Shown piece by piece: positions 38,601-50,100 of a DNA stretch of 64,000 nucleotides. The DNA comes from Klebsormidium nitens. Lineage: Eukaryota > Plantae > Klebsormidiophyceae. The stretch spans positions 62,001 to 126,000 of the forward strand of contig DF237165.1 of NCBI GenBank assembly GCA_000708835.1, given 5' to 3'. Position 1 is the stretch's first letter; each line of letters opens with the position of its first letter. The translations under genes and the position numbers were made by a program. Below the pieces are notes generated by a model that was not told the origin of the DNA, ran no database searches, and saw nothing but the letters and a program-made list of their open reading frames with translations.

Positions 38601-41600
38601 GTAGCACAAGGTGTCGTAGCCGTTGTTTATTGGCATGTTCTTGAGGCATGTTTAAATGCACACAAGCGTGACCCCTACATGTAAACGCGTGCACGAGAAA
38701 TTGCAAGGAAGGGCTGCGTCATGCACTTTCGTTTTCCGCTGTGGCTCCACTTTTTTGGAAACCGAAAAGGTTCTCGGAGAGGTCCGTCCAAGCTTGAATA
38801 GGTTGATTGATGGAAGGGAACCCCCGAGAAATGGTCATCGCTTCTGATGCAGTAGACGTGGTAAGTTGCTTCCTGCATGGAACCGTACTCGTCATCATCA
38901 TGGTCCCCAATGGTTATACCAGCGATTCTTGATGTACATCACTTAAAGCGAAGGACACGCCTTTGACATTTTCCTACGCTTGGTGCGGTGCAGGTGGATC
39001 CGTCATCTCTGCGGACAGCCCTCCACGACGCGCACAAAGGCAGCGACCTTTTCCAGATGGTGAGCTCTCCCCGCTCGCGCCAGCGTCTAAGCTAAGACTT
39101 CGCACCTTTGGCGGCGGATATGCAAGGGAGCTTACGGGTGACACATGTCCCAGCATGCTCTACAAGACTGGAATTCATGCTTTGGGCCAGTCTTTCAAAC
39201 CGACCCGCAGTCTGCTGTAGACAGCGTGCTGGCGCATGGGAACATGCCAGCAAGCACTCGCATGAGTGGCGATCAGAGTCGTCGATCAGCCGCATCACGC
39301 TGCAACCGCGGGCCTTGGGCTGTTTGTTCGTGGTTTGAACTGCAAAGATGCAAGTTGTTGACCCCCTTTGCGGTGCTAGCACAAGCGGCGGAGCCGAGCA
39401 GACCACTTCACGAGTCTCCCAGGCACATCTGGCCCCTGACTTCTGTTGCTTAGACTGGCCGTCAGCAGCCTGAATCGCAACCACTAATTGACGTTCAATT
39501 TTCGAGCACCCGTCACGTTTTTTCCTGCTCAACCCCTCTCTCTGACGCCCCCACAGGAGGAGATGAATGACGCGTCCGAGGTATTGCTCTCCATCTTCGG
39601 CTGCCTGCACGAGGCGCTCCAAGCGCCCGTTGTTGCCTCCCCTCCAAAGCACGCCGACGGCCTGCTGCCCACCCCCTCCAATAGCGCGGCCTTGCGTAAC
39701 AAGGCGACCGACGGTGCGTAAACAGCCGTCTCCCTGGTCTGTCAATGATTTGCACGAAAGTGCTGTGCAAATCTTTGCCCACGATTTCAGAGGCTCATCT
39801 CTTGCCCGCATTCAGCATGCGGGAGTTGGCAGCTTTCCAAGACGCTCCTCTTGCGGGTAGGTAGACCTGTGTCAGGAGAAGCGAGCACTTCCCAACGGTT
39901 GTCTTAAGTCTTAAGTTGCAAATTGTCCTTTTGACGGATTTATACCCATTTTTGAGAGGGACTGGTCAATTTCACTTGGATTGTGCTGTAACCGGCAGAA
40001 GCGAGGAGCGAAAATCAGCAACGACTAACATCGTGTCCGCACAGGAGAGCTAAACTCTTTGTCTTCTGCGCACAGTTTGCCGCGGGTCCTGCTTCGTCCA
40101 CGACCTGTTTGGGCTCGACATGGTCGAGTTCACGCACTGCGGCCTCTGTAACAAAAGTGAGGCCCCCAGACGGCTTCTTCGCTTCATTCCTGCTCGATTC
40201 TCACTGGGTGCCACCGGTTCTTAGCTGCCGGGCGACTTTTGGGAGGTTGAGGTTGAGAAGAACTCGCAGCCTGTAGGACAGCCACGGGAGCAATCAATTG
40301 ACGACCGAACATACTCTCAACGTTGCTGATGGGAGTGATTGTGCTGCTGTCAAACTTTCAGAGCGGCCTGGTGACTGTCGGACCCTGCACTTGAATGTGT
40401 CTCTGCATCAAATGTTTCTCTGTGTAGTCTTGGCAGACTCGAATAAGCAGCCGGTCTGGCCGAAGGGGCTCGTGAGATTTGAAACTATTCAGTCACGTTG
40501 AAGCCAATGTGCCCCATTCAGTCACGTTGAAGCCAGTGTGCCCCAGCGTTTTCATAAAGCGCACATGCTTTGCAGGGACCCACGACTTACACTACCAGCA
40601 GTACTTCCACCTCGTCAACTGCTCTGCCCTCTCGGACGTTGCGGTACGTCTCCGTCCATCTCTTTTCCGTTGCTGCTGTCCACATATGAACGTAGGTTGA
40701 AGTTCTCCCCAGCATGCACAATCGTTCAAAAGCAGGACTTTCTTACTTCCTTGCTCCATATGGCAGGTACTTTGATTGTCTAAAATGGAAAGACACTTTT
40801 CCATTCTCAATCTTCCTTTTCTTTAGTCGCCTTAATATCAAGTGAGAATTAGCCATTAGGGCCATGTGAGAGTTGCCGTTGGAGTCATGTAAACTTGTCA
40901 AAACAAGCATGCGCCAAGTTTTTGAAAATCCCTTTGCTACTTGGCGCAGGTGCAGTCGCCGGGTCGGCCGTTTGCGCCGCTGCTGCGCCGCGTTCTCGAC
41001 GGCTCCACTCCGCTGCGGCCGTGCGACAAGGACGAGGGCGGCTGCGGGGAGCCTCTCCCCACTACGCACGTCCTCGACAAGGCGCCGCAGCTCTTCACCG
41101 TTGGTAAGTGGGTCCTGGTGTCGCTTCCCCTATTCTCTTCTTTGTCTTCGTCCCTCTCCCATTGCCTGGTACGGTGGGCGCCTTCCAACTCAGAGTATTC
41201 TGTTTCACCAGAATCCCGTCCCTCAGGCGGCTTTCTGGTGAAGGCGTATTGTTCTATTTTGGATTGTCGGGCGTTCCACAGTCTATAGAGGTGTTCCACC
41301 CGACTTCGCTCAAACTGTGACTCACTACAGGGCGCCCTATATCGCCGAGGAGCATAGCGCTGGTAGCTTAGCATTCGGGGCGGACGAAAGATGGAGAATT
41401 CAATCCCGCTTCTAACTTCGTGACAGCTGGTGCGAACCTTTTGTTCAAAAAAGATGCGCTGTGCTTTACGCAAGTTAAATATTTTTGGAACGAAAAATGC
41501 GGTATGACTTGTAAAGAGAACTAGCCCTGCTTGACGCTGCTACTAAGACCAGTCCCGCCGCCCGCTGCAGTTCTCGTGTGGGGTAGTGCCCAGGCGTCGC

Positions 41601-43155
41601 AGAGCCAGGTTCGCTCAGTCGTCAATGCCATCAGCACGCAAGTGAGCATCCGAAGCCTGTGCCCGGCCTTACCTGAACAACCACTGCTTCGACAAAAACC
41701 TCATATTTATATAACGATTCCTATTGGAGGGAAGCTTGGACTGTCAGTAGCTAGAGTCCTGAGTCAGCGACCGAGGTAAACTTATTATGTTGCGAGGTGC
41801 ACATCTTACTTCAAACGCCAAACGAATCTGTACATCTGGCGGTAAGGGATCTCTTGGTGGATCCGTAGGTCAGCCGGCTGTTTCTGCTCAGCTTGCGCTG
41901 CGGTTGCGCCCTGTTGAATGCCCTTGTCCTGTTTGGGTGAACGCTTCGGTGCTTAAACTCGAAGAGATCATAGCTGGACCTCAGTGGACCCTTTGGGGAG
42001 AAGACTACGACGATATATCGGTCTTTTCTTTCCAAGAGTTTTGCTTGACGCGGCTGTTCGCACCACAGATTCGCGTGTCGGAAATCTTCCCCGACCTGAA
42101 GTACAGAGGCCAACACGCCCTCCGCTGTGTGGTGAGCACGCGCGCAGGCTTCAACACTCCTGTTGCTGTATTCGCAGTTGTTCGTATGACCTGGCGCTAA
42201 ACCATTCTTGACGTCTTTGTTAACGAGCTTGCCACCGGGTTTGGGAAGTCCGTCGCAATGGATGGTCCAGGATTTCTTGCACGCAAGTCTGAATGAACTA
42301 GGACCTGTGGTGATGGCAACTTGAGCTTTCCGTGTGCCATCTTCTCGAACGTCTCTATTTTGATTGAAATCGTCATCCGGTACAGAGTTAAACAGCTCAG
42401 TTTTTCTCACACGGGCTGCTCACGCGGCATGTGTATCGCACATGCCCCCATGTTGGTCGCCGGTTATTGGAAGCGCTGCTCTCGGGTCCTCGCTAGCTTC
42501 CGGACGGCTTCTTTTAGTTCGCGGTTCATGAAGGAAAAGCGTCCATTAAGCTGGCCGTGGTGCTTTGCCGCAGGTGTGTTACTACGGGCTGCACTATTTC
42601 GCATTCGCTTTCAGCGCCAAGGCCCAGCAGTGGCTCCTTTTGGACGACACCCACGTCAAGGTGACCTCACGAACACAGCGTGAACTTGCACCCACATACG
42701 GACGGACCCAATGGTCACCCTAAACGAGCAAAGAGGAACGTCTGGTGTCAAGTTTTGTGACTGCTGCTCATGCGCTTGCTTGCCCCATTTGAAGGAAGGG
42801 TTTGCATCAAACGACCCTCAAGAGTGCGGTATGCAGTTTCGGGTCCTAGCTAGAATGCATGTCAATGCACTCAGTGGATTGCTGCAACCGCACTCTATAA
42901 TCTGGTTTGGGGACATTCCTAACCATCGACCTGTGTTCTGCCACCGTCTTTCGTCTCGTCGTCTTTCGGTCACTGCAACCGCACTCTATGGTCTGGTGTG
43001 GGAACATTCTAATCGATATGCATTTTTCCACCGTTCTTTCGTCTCTCAATCATACTCTCGTTTGCTTACAGGTGGTAGGCCCGTGGGAAAAGGTGGTTGA
43101 GCAGTGCACGAACGGCAGGCTGCAGCCGTCGGTGCTGTTCTATCAATCGCTCTGA
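23364..43155 (+). CDS. Predicted chimeric ARF-GEF (GNOM)-deubiquitinase fusion gene, 31 exons, ~2576 aa
   Basis: The phase-2 donor after copy-A exon 18 (AC|gtaaga, 32635) fits the phase-2 acceptor ttttttccaaag|G (32870/32871), in frame with the 800-aa ORF. The summed exon length is 7731 nt, a multiple of 3, with no stops. No transcript evidence was available. Confidence 0.62.
29750..29975. repeat. 113-bp tandem duplication (2 copies, 7 mismatches) in intron 12 of GNOM copy A
   Basis: Units 29750-29862 and 29863-29975, both beginning AGATGCCGCACAGGGA and ending CCCTTCGAATT. Confidence 0.92.
32871..43155 (+). CDS. Long Pro/Ser/Gly-rich disordered region plus C-terminal ubiquitin-specific protease (peptidase C19, USP53/54-like plant UCH-related); either the 3' half of a fusion with copy A or a separate gene starting at ATG 32854 or 32890
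   Basis: Exons 32871-35067, 35627-37181, 37668-37822, 38227-38388, 38994-39059, 39557-39713, 40076-40156, 40576-40643, 40950-41103, 41571-41641, 42069-42131, 42574-42660, 43072-43155 (TGA); phases are consistent. Cys box GLANRSGEYNCFLNVIIQSLWHL, EMNDASEVL, CFVHDLFG, Zn-type HCGLC and CDKDEGGCG, His box VCYYGLHYFAFAF...W.LLDDTHVKVVGPW.KV...C..G.LQPSVLFY. Confidence 0.88.
40487..40544. repeat. 29-bp tandem duplication in a USP intron
   Basis: ATTCAGTCACGTTGAAGCCA(A/G)TGTGCCCC twice, one mismatch. Confidence 0.9.
42882..43050. repeat. Degenerate ~91-bp tandem duplication in the last USP intron
   Basis: Units start CTGCAACCGCACTCTAT at 42882 and 42973. Both continue with similar tctgg..tggg.acatt and ccaccgt..tttcgtctc segments. 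Confidence 0.8.
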
Positions 43156-44183
43156 GAGCCAACATACATTCCAGTCAACGTGCAATTTGGCAAGAGGTTA
43201 GACAGCACGGAGCGTGCGTGGGAGCTGAAGTGCACGCGATAGGGGCATGTCACATTTCGGCGATAGCTCATTGGGAGAGTCTGATTGTAAACTTACTGTC
43301 TGAAGTCTTAGCTCGAACGTTTACAATGCTTAGAAGAAGGCCCATTGGATCATTGCACCGGTTCAAACCGACCCCGAGATCAGACTTGATAAAATCCTTG
43401 CAAAGGAGCTTAAGTGCGTGCTACGAGTAAACGACTTGACTGAGCTAGTCAGATAAGGTACGGGAGGATCCTTTGCCGTATCATGGAGCTTCTCCACAAG
43501 CACAGCCGTGCTTTTTACATTGTCCTTTGCTTTGTTGTTTACTGCCAGCTCATGATGCCTTCAGGCTTTCACCCCTCATGTCTCGAACACGTCCTTGAAT
43601 GCTCCTATTGCAGTCACCATGTTGGCCATGCATGGATCTGCCTTCTGAGTGTTGATGCACAAGCCCTCTATGAGCTCTAATCGATGCAGGTATCTCCTGA
43701 TCATGCACGTGAAGGGATGGTATACATTGAGTGGCGCTGCTCCCTCTGCTGAGTCTAGGACCTACCTACCGTTTGTAGGCTCTAGGCTAGGCTACCTAGA
43801 GGCATGCGTCAAAAAAAATTCCAGAGTAGGGCGCATTCACAATGCCTCTTGAAGGCCGAGGACTAGCCGCAACCCTCGATCGTCAGATAGGAAACGCAGG
43901 AACCGTCGATGCCCGCCAAAATCGCCGCCAGCCAGTTCGCTCAGCTGGAGCAAACTTGCTCGAGAGTCTTTGCCAGCAATCTGCAAATTCTCATATTAGT
44001 CTGCTCTGCGCCACAGGCTTGCTGCAACTTGGACATTCTCAGAGCCAAGCTTCAGAAGGATCAAGGACGATCGCAAGCTGGTGAGGGCATGCTTGACCGT
44101 CTGCAATGAGTGAACAAAATCAGGGTCTCTGTGCGGTAAGATTCTGCGAGTGAAAAGCCAACGGCGAGCATTTGAAGGGCAGG

Positions 44184-47100
44184 ATGGCAGGGCCCCAGGT
44201 GGCCAGCCTTGCTGAGGGTTCTGGATGGACAGGGCCCCAAATAGCATGTATGGTCAACACAGAGATCAACCAGGTGATGGCGGTCATGAGGCAGAATGCA
44301 CGCTGGGCTGTTGCCCCCAGATACCTGGTGAGCATCTATTATACAAGTTATGCACCAATACTTTGCAGATTTCTATGAGTTCGTGAAACAATATGGCCGC
44401 CAGTAGCTTCGTATGTTGCATTCTTATTTCATGCTGAAAATGCTGATTACCCGGCCAGAATCTACTTGGCAATCAGAGTGCTGCTGCCAAGAACCCTGAC
44501 CAGTAATCTGCTAAGTGCTTGAATGGTCAAACTGGATGTCAGGCACGTTAATCAAGGAATCGTCAATCAGGGTGTTGTGATTGATTTGGAGCGATTGGTT
44601 AAGAATGTGCGACGCAATCACCCTGACGTTTTGGACCTGTGTTCGTCCATGAGAAGGGCTTCCCGGAAACTAGCGTGAAAGCCTTTTGAAGCTGTCTACT
44701 TGAGATCTAGAAACTAAGAAGCTCCTGTGGTTCTCTTCTTTGGTCGCATTGACACTTCTTTTCGTGAAGCTGCTTCCGTCAGCATTTGAAATTCCTCTTA
44801 CTTCTGGTGTCTGAACTCAAAATTACAGCTCCTTTAGTCCAACTCAATGTTGGAAAGTCCTGGGCAAGTAATTTTAGATCTGCTTGTTTATCAGACATCA
44901 AGACAGGCCACTTGTGTTGCTGCACTACACATCAACACCGATTTATCCAGCAAGCCATTATGCAGTGGCTTGAATTGAGCTGTAGAGCAGCTGGTGATCC
45001 TAGACGTTTCAGTCTTAGAATGCATCAGAACCCTAAACTAGCTGAAATACAGTGCTGTCAGGCACCGATTGAGCCTGGTAGTTTCTCATTGCGTCTTATT
45101 CGTTGTTTGCTTCACAGTGTTGCAAGAGAACATTGAGGCAGGGCCGCCGTTGGCCAATTGTGCTCATGTCGGCAGTCGTTCCTCAATAAGATGGTCAATG
45201 AAGAAGACACAGTCTCAAGATTCTACCGTGAGGGCGGTGCAGTCGGTGGATTGAAGAAACTTTCCGGGATAGACCTCTGAGCTTTTTTAAACCGTGAAGG
45301 TGAAGTAAAGTTCCAAATGTGGACAAAAGTGTCTATGGGCCACTATCCTGCAGAAGCACTGAAATAGTGTAATATTTGCAGGAGGAGGAGCTGGGCGAAG
45401 ATCCTCTTTTGCGAGACTTCAAGATCCTGCGAAGGAAACTCTTCACCTGGCAAGGTAGGCGGTCAACAAGATGGTTCGCTCGTCCCATCCAGATCTTCTT
45501 GTGCAGAGGAGGCTTCTCGTTACACAGTATGCTGCAATCTTCAGTCAAAGTGCAATTGGTTTTCTGCTGCCCCCAGCCGTAATGTGCGGACTCTGCCTTT
45601 AGGGTGTGGGACTGCAGGAAAAGCCTGAGATGTTGTCAATGCTTTGCAGATTGGCCAAAAGTAAAGCCCACGGACTACTTGACCCCTTTCCTGGAGGTTA
45701 TTCGTTCCGAGGAGACTAGTGCCCCAATCACTGGAGTAGCACTCTCTGCTGTGCACAAGGTCCTAAGCTATGAGATCTTTGGTGAGTCTCAGTGCCTCAG
45801 CAGATGGATCAAACACTGCCGCAGATTGGCGCTCGACTTGCCCAATTGTTGACCCCGTTTGTTGTGCGGACGTATCGACAGGAAACATCATGTGCCAAGT
45901 GCAATACAATCTGCCAAGTGCAACCCTCGTTTTGTGTGCCTGGAGTATCTTCAACAAAACTCACTTTTTTTCAAAAGATCTTCTACGGTGAGTGATTGCT
46001 CATCTTTCGGAACCCTCTTGCCAGATGCGAAGACGGCAGGCGCGGCAGAGGTGATGCACTTCATCGTGGATGCTGTGACGGGCTGCAAGTTTGAAGTTAC
46101 CGACCCAGCATCAGAAGAAGTCGTCCTTCTGAAGATCTTGCAGGTAAGTATTGCTGATCACTTCATGTATCTCATATCAACATCAGATTGGAGGTTGCTC
46201 TTGAATGTTTAGCTAATGTGAAACACCCTTTTCCAGTGTACGGAAGCAGCTATTCCTCGCTTGGAGAATAGCAAGAGTAAGTGTTGGAGATCGACATCAC
46301 GGTCATCACGCGTCAACTAGATCACATCTATGCAAAACTTCACGTGAAGAAGTTGCTGCCCTCTTCAACGTCGGTTGTTCTGACGAGACGGCTAAAAAGC
46401 ACTGCTTGTCTGGACTTGAAAGCAATGCATTGGACAAGGGGTACAGTCTTATGTGCCATATCGATCAAGGTCGTGAGGTGTGGCAGGGGAATTGTTCTCA
46501 TCTTATCAGGATGAGGACACGTTCGTTGAGCGGGAAAAGGTTTTGTATATGTATAGCAATTTTTGCCAGACCTTATCTTGCACATGTTCCAGGTCCTGTT
46601 GGCGTGTCTCAAGTGCGGGGCCGGCCCGTTACTGAGCAACGCTGACGTGATCAACATCATCAACACGTGCCTGCGCGTAGCCTTTACAAAAGGCGAACTG
46701 CTGCAGCGCACGAGCTGCCAGATGATGCAGGACATGGTGCGCGCCATCTTCGCGAGGTGAGGCTGGTGCCACACAAGCGAGTACTTCGGACCGTAAAAGT
46801 TGTGGCTCGACTCTCACGTCAAAGTCTGAGTTAATGACGATTATCGGTTTTGTGTTGTGGTGATTGGAAGTGCCTATCTGCGGCGAAGGTGGACGAGAGA
46901 CCCAACTTCTGAGACTTCAAGAAATGTCGTCAAAGAAGTATCATCCGAACTCAGGCTTGAATGGATGTCTTGTTTCTCGGGCTTGACAGGTGGTGAGGCT
47001 CGGGGCCGCCAAGTTGGGAAATAGGTACTTATAGTCAAAGCTTGTGCAAATTCTAAATACCGCTTGACCAACAAATTCGTGATTCCAGGCTCCATGAGTT

Positions 47101-50100
47101 CGAGCCAGCCGAGGACGGCTCAACCCAGCCTGGTCCAGCGGTCGCAAGTGAGCAGCCAGACGGGAGGGTCTTAGAATCAGTCCCAAGCGGTGCCATAGCA
47201 GAAGGCATCCTCAGTACCGCTTCTACTCCGCGGTCGGGGCACAGCGCGGCCTCGACACCAAAGTCTCGAGGCGCGATTCGGAGCATTGCTGACATCCGGT
47301 TCGGGCCACACCCGACTGCCACAGAGGGGACCCCGGACGATGGTCCCAGTCTAACTCCGAGGGCATTGAAAGCTTTTGAGGAAGGAAAGTCGCTGGTCGA
47401 GGTTGTTGAGGAGGAAACAAGCGCAGTGAAGGAGGATTCGACGCTGGGTGCGGACAGCTTAGGACCGTCGGACAGTGCGCCAGTATCTGAAGCGCTTGCG
47501 GCGGCAGGGGCAGGGATTGCAGCCGGGTTCGACGCGGCAGTCACGGCCGTAGGGGAGGCCGTTTCCACTGCACCCGTGGTAGCGGGAGTCCCAGAAGCTG
47601 GCGCTGCCCCGATTGTTCCGACCCTGTCCGAATCTGTCCCGGACGACACGAGCGGGAGCGACGCTGTTTCGGGAGCACCCCCACTGCCCCCACCCGTCCG
47701 GGTCCGGGCTGAGCCTTCGGACGCGTCAGCGGGAACGTCCGGAACAGTGGTCGCAAGCCAGCCAAGTGCGGCTGCAGAGAGTCTGACGGCTCCGTTGGAG
47801 AACGGCGATAGTGCGCAGAAGCAGCCCGCTCCGGCGGCATCAGTGCAGGCGAGCCCGTACGGTCTGCCGTGCCTGGTTGAGGTGTTCCGGTTCCTTTGCA
47901 CGCTCATTGTGCCGGAGGACGGGGCGGACAAGGCCCAACAGCACGACTCTGAGGTGAGCCTGTCGATCTCGGAACTGTGGGTTTACCTGTGAGAATGAGA
48001 CTCGAACAGGTACCTTGTGGAAAACTGAGCAGCATAGGAGGAGCGATGGCGCGCTAGACGATAGTGTGTACATTGTTGTCACCGTAGATATGGAGAAAGA
48101 TATGCGGACGGGAGAGAGAACGTTCTCTATGAATTCGTTAAATACGGAAGGGACTTTTTGTAACTTCTTTCTAAGCGCAACCTCGTCCTTCATGTCTGAA
48201 AGCGTCCCTTTGTAGCGAAGTATCTGCCGAAGCACGGGTGACCCTTGGTACATTGTACTTTCTCTTAAGAGTTACCCATCTTCCAGCACTATGAGCTGCT
48301 GCCGATATGTTGGATAGTTCTTCTGCATCAGTGGTTTACGGGCACAACCGTGCTGCTCATGAAAGCAAGTAGTCTCAAGGTTTTGTTTATCATGACCTTG
48401 TCGACGCATTGTCCGTTGGCAAGAACGACCTGTTAATCCATTGCTCGTCTGATCTAGCAGGACTTGAGCATATTTGGCCTCGCACTGCTGAGCGCCGCCA
48501 TCGAGGTCGCGGGGGGCTCCTTCGAGAAGCACCCGCGCATCCTGGCCCTGGTTACGGACGACCTGTTCCGGAACCTGATGCAGACGGGGCAGTCGAGCAA
48601 CCTGCTCGTGCTGTCGCTAGTGTCGGGCATCGTATTGGCGCTCTACCAGCACCTCAAGCATCACCTTAAGCTGCAAATGGCAGCCTTCTTCGAGTTCGTC
48701 GTACTTCGAGCTGCGCAGGTACGTCGAGACGAACTCACTGCAAATTGACCACTGATTTCCCTTCGCATCTCTGTCCCGAGGAGAGTCCCTTCTTTTGAGC
48801 ACATTCGGGTCGCCTTTTGCGAACCCTCACTTGAAGAGTGGTGGATATCTCAAGTTGCTCTGCAAGTCTTGGTGCTGAAGGCTTCCCTCCCAAATCTCCG
48901 TGCAGGGCAAATTTTACGGCGCCACATACGAGCAGCAGGAGGCTGCGCTTGAGATCTTGCAGGACTTCTGCCGGCAGCCGTCCTTCATGGCGGACATGTA
49001 CGCCAATGCCGACTGTGACATCACCTGCAGCAACACCTTCGGTGAGAGACGCATTCATCTGAGGAGGGAAGGATGCGGACTGGTGGTCCTCATGACCTGT
49101 AGCAGTTTGAGTGTTTTAGCAATATGTCACTTGCTCTCACTTCTAGTTGCATTTCGTTCACTGCTGGGATTTGGTTATCTGCTTTTTGAGGCGCTCGGAG
49201 GAAGGTCGGAGCTTGACAAGCGTATTACTGAAACGACCTTGAGGGACCGAAGCAACCTCCACGTTTGCTGGATGCTAGGGGCTTGATCTGAGAATTGATC
49301 CAAAGAACGTGCTCAAACGGAGCTTGAGATTGACTTTCTGTCTTTCTTTTGGCAGAGGACCTGAGCAACCTCCTGTCTAAGAACGCCTTCCCTGTCAACG
49401 CTCCCCTCTCCGCCCTCCACCTGCTGTCCTTGGAAGGGCTGCTGGCAGTTATCCAGTGCATGGCAGACAGGGCCGATAACGCATCAACGCCTGCAGGTGA
49501 GTCCAGATAACTGGATAACTTTTGTAAATTCATGCAATTTTGAAGCTCTGTTGGCCTCCTACGTGACCTTACCCTTGGCATGAACGATCTCAAGAAAGAG
49601 TTGACAACTTACATGCCGCTCGTAAGCTTGCATAATCTTTGCAATCGATAATGTCATAGAGTATTTTGGCGCCTTCACTTCTTGGTACGTCTTTCTAATT
49701 TATTGTACTTCAATTAAGCTGCTTTATCTCTCGTCAGTGCTCACGCATTACGGTAATCAGAAATCGTAGAGAAGCTCGTGGGCACCTTGAAACGCCTTTC
49801 GATGTGTCCCGTTCAGGCAGCGGCTCTTCTAGCCCCGACTACAATCTGGAGGAGTTCCCACAGTTCTGGAACCTCAAGTGTGACAACTGGAACGACCCTA
49901 CAGTCTGGGTCGACTTTTTGCGGAGAAGAAAGTATGTCAAGCGGCGGCTTATGATTGGGGCAGACCACTTCAATCGGGACCCCAAAAAGGTGCGCCGTTA
50001 TGGTCCGTTTTGAAAGTGCTGCTTTGTGTCTGACAGACGCCTGCAATGCCTTTCTCTGGACGCAAGCTTGAGGGACTCGGCGGCTTGTATCAAGCTGCTG

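Noticed and set aside
33360-47931. Long antisense or alternative-frame ORFs (e.g. 34125-34598, 36143-36700, 36381-36986, 36710-37240, 47053-47931)
   Set aside because: They are shadows of GC-rich low-complexity coding exons on the other strand or frame.
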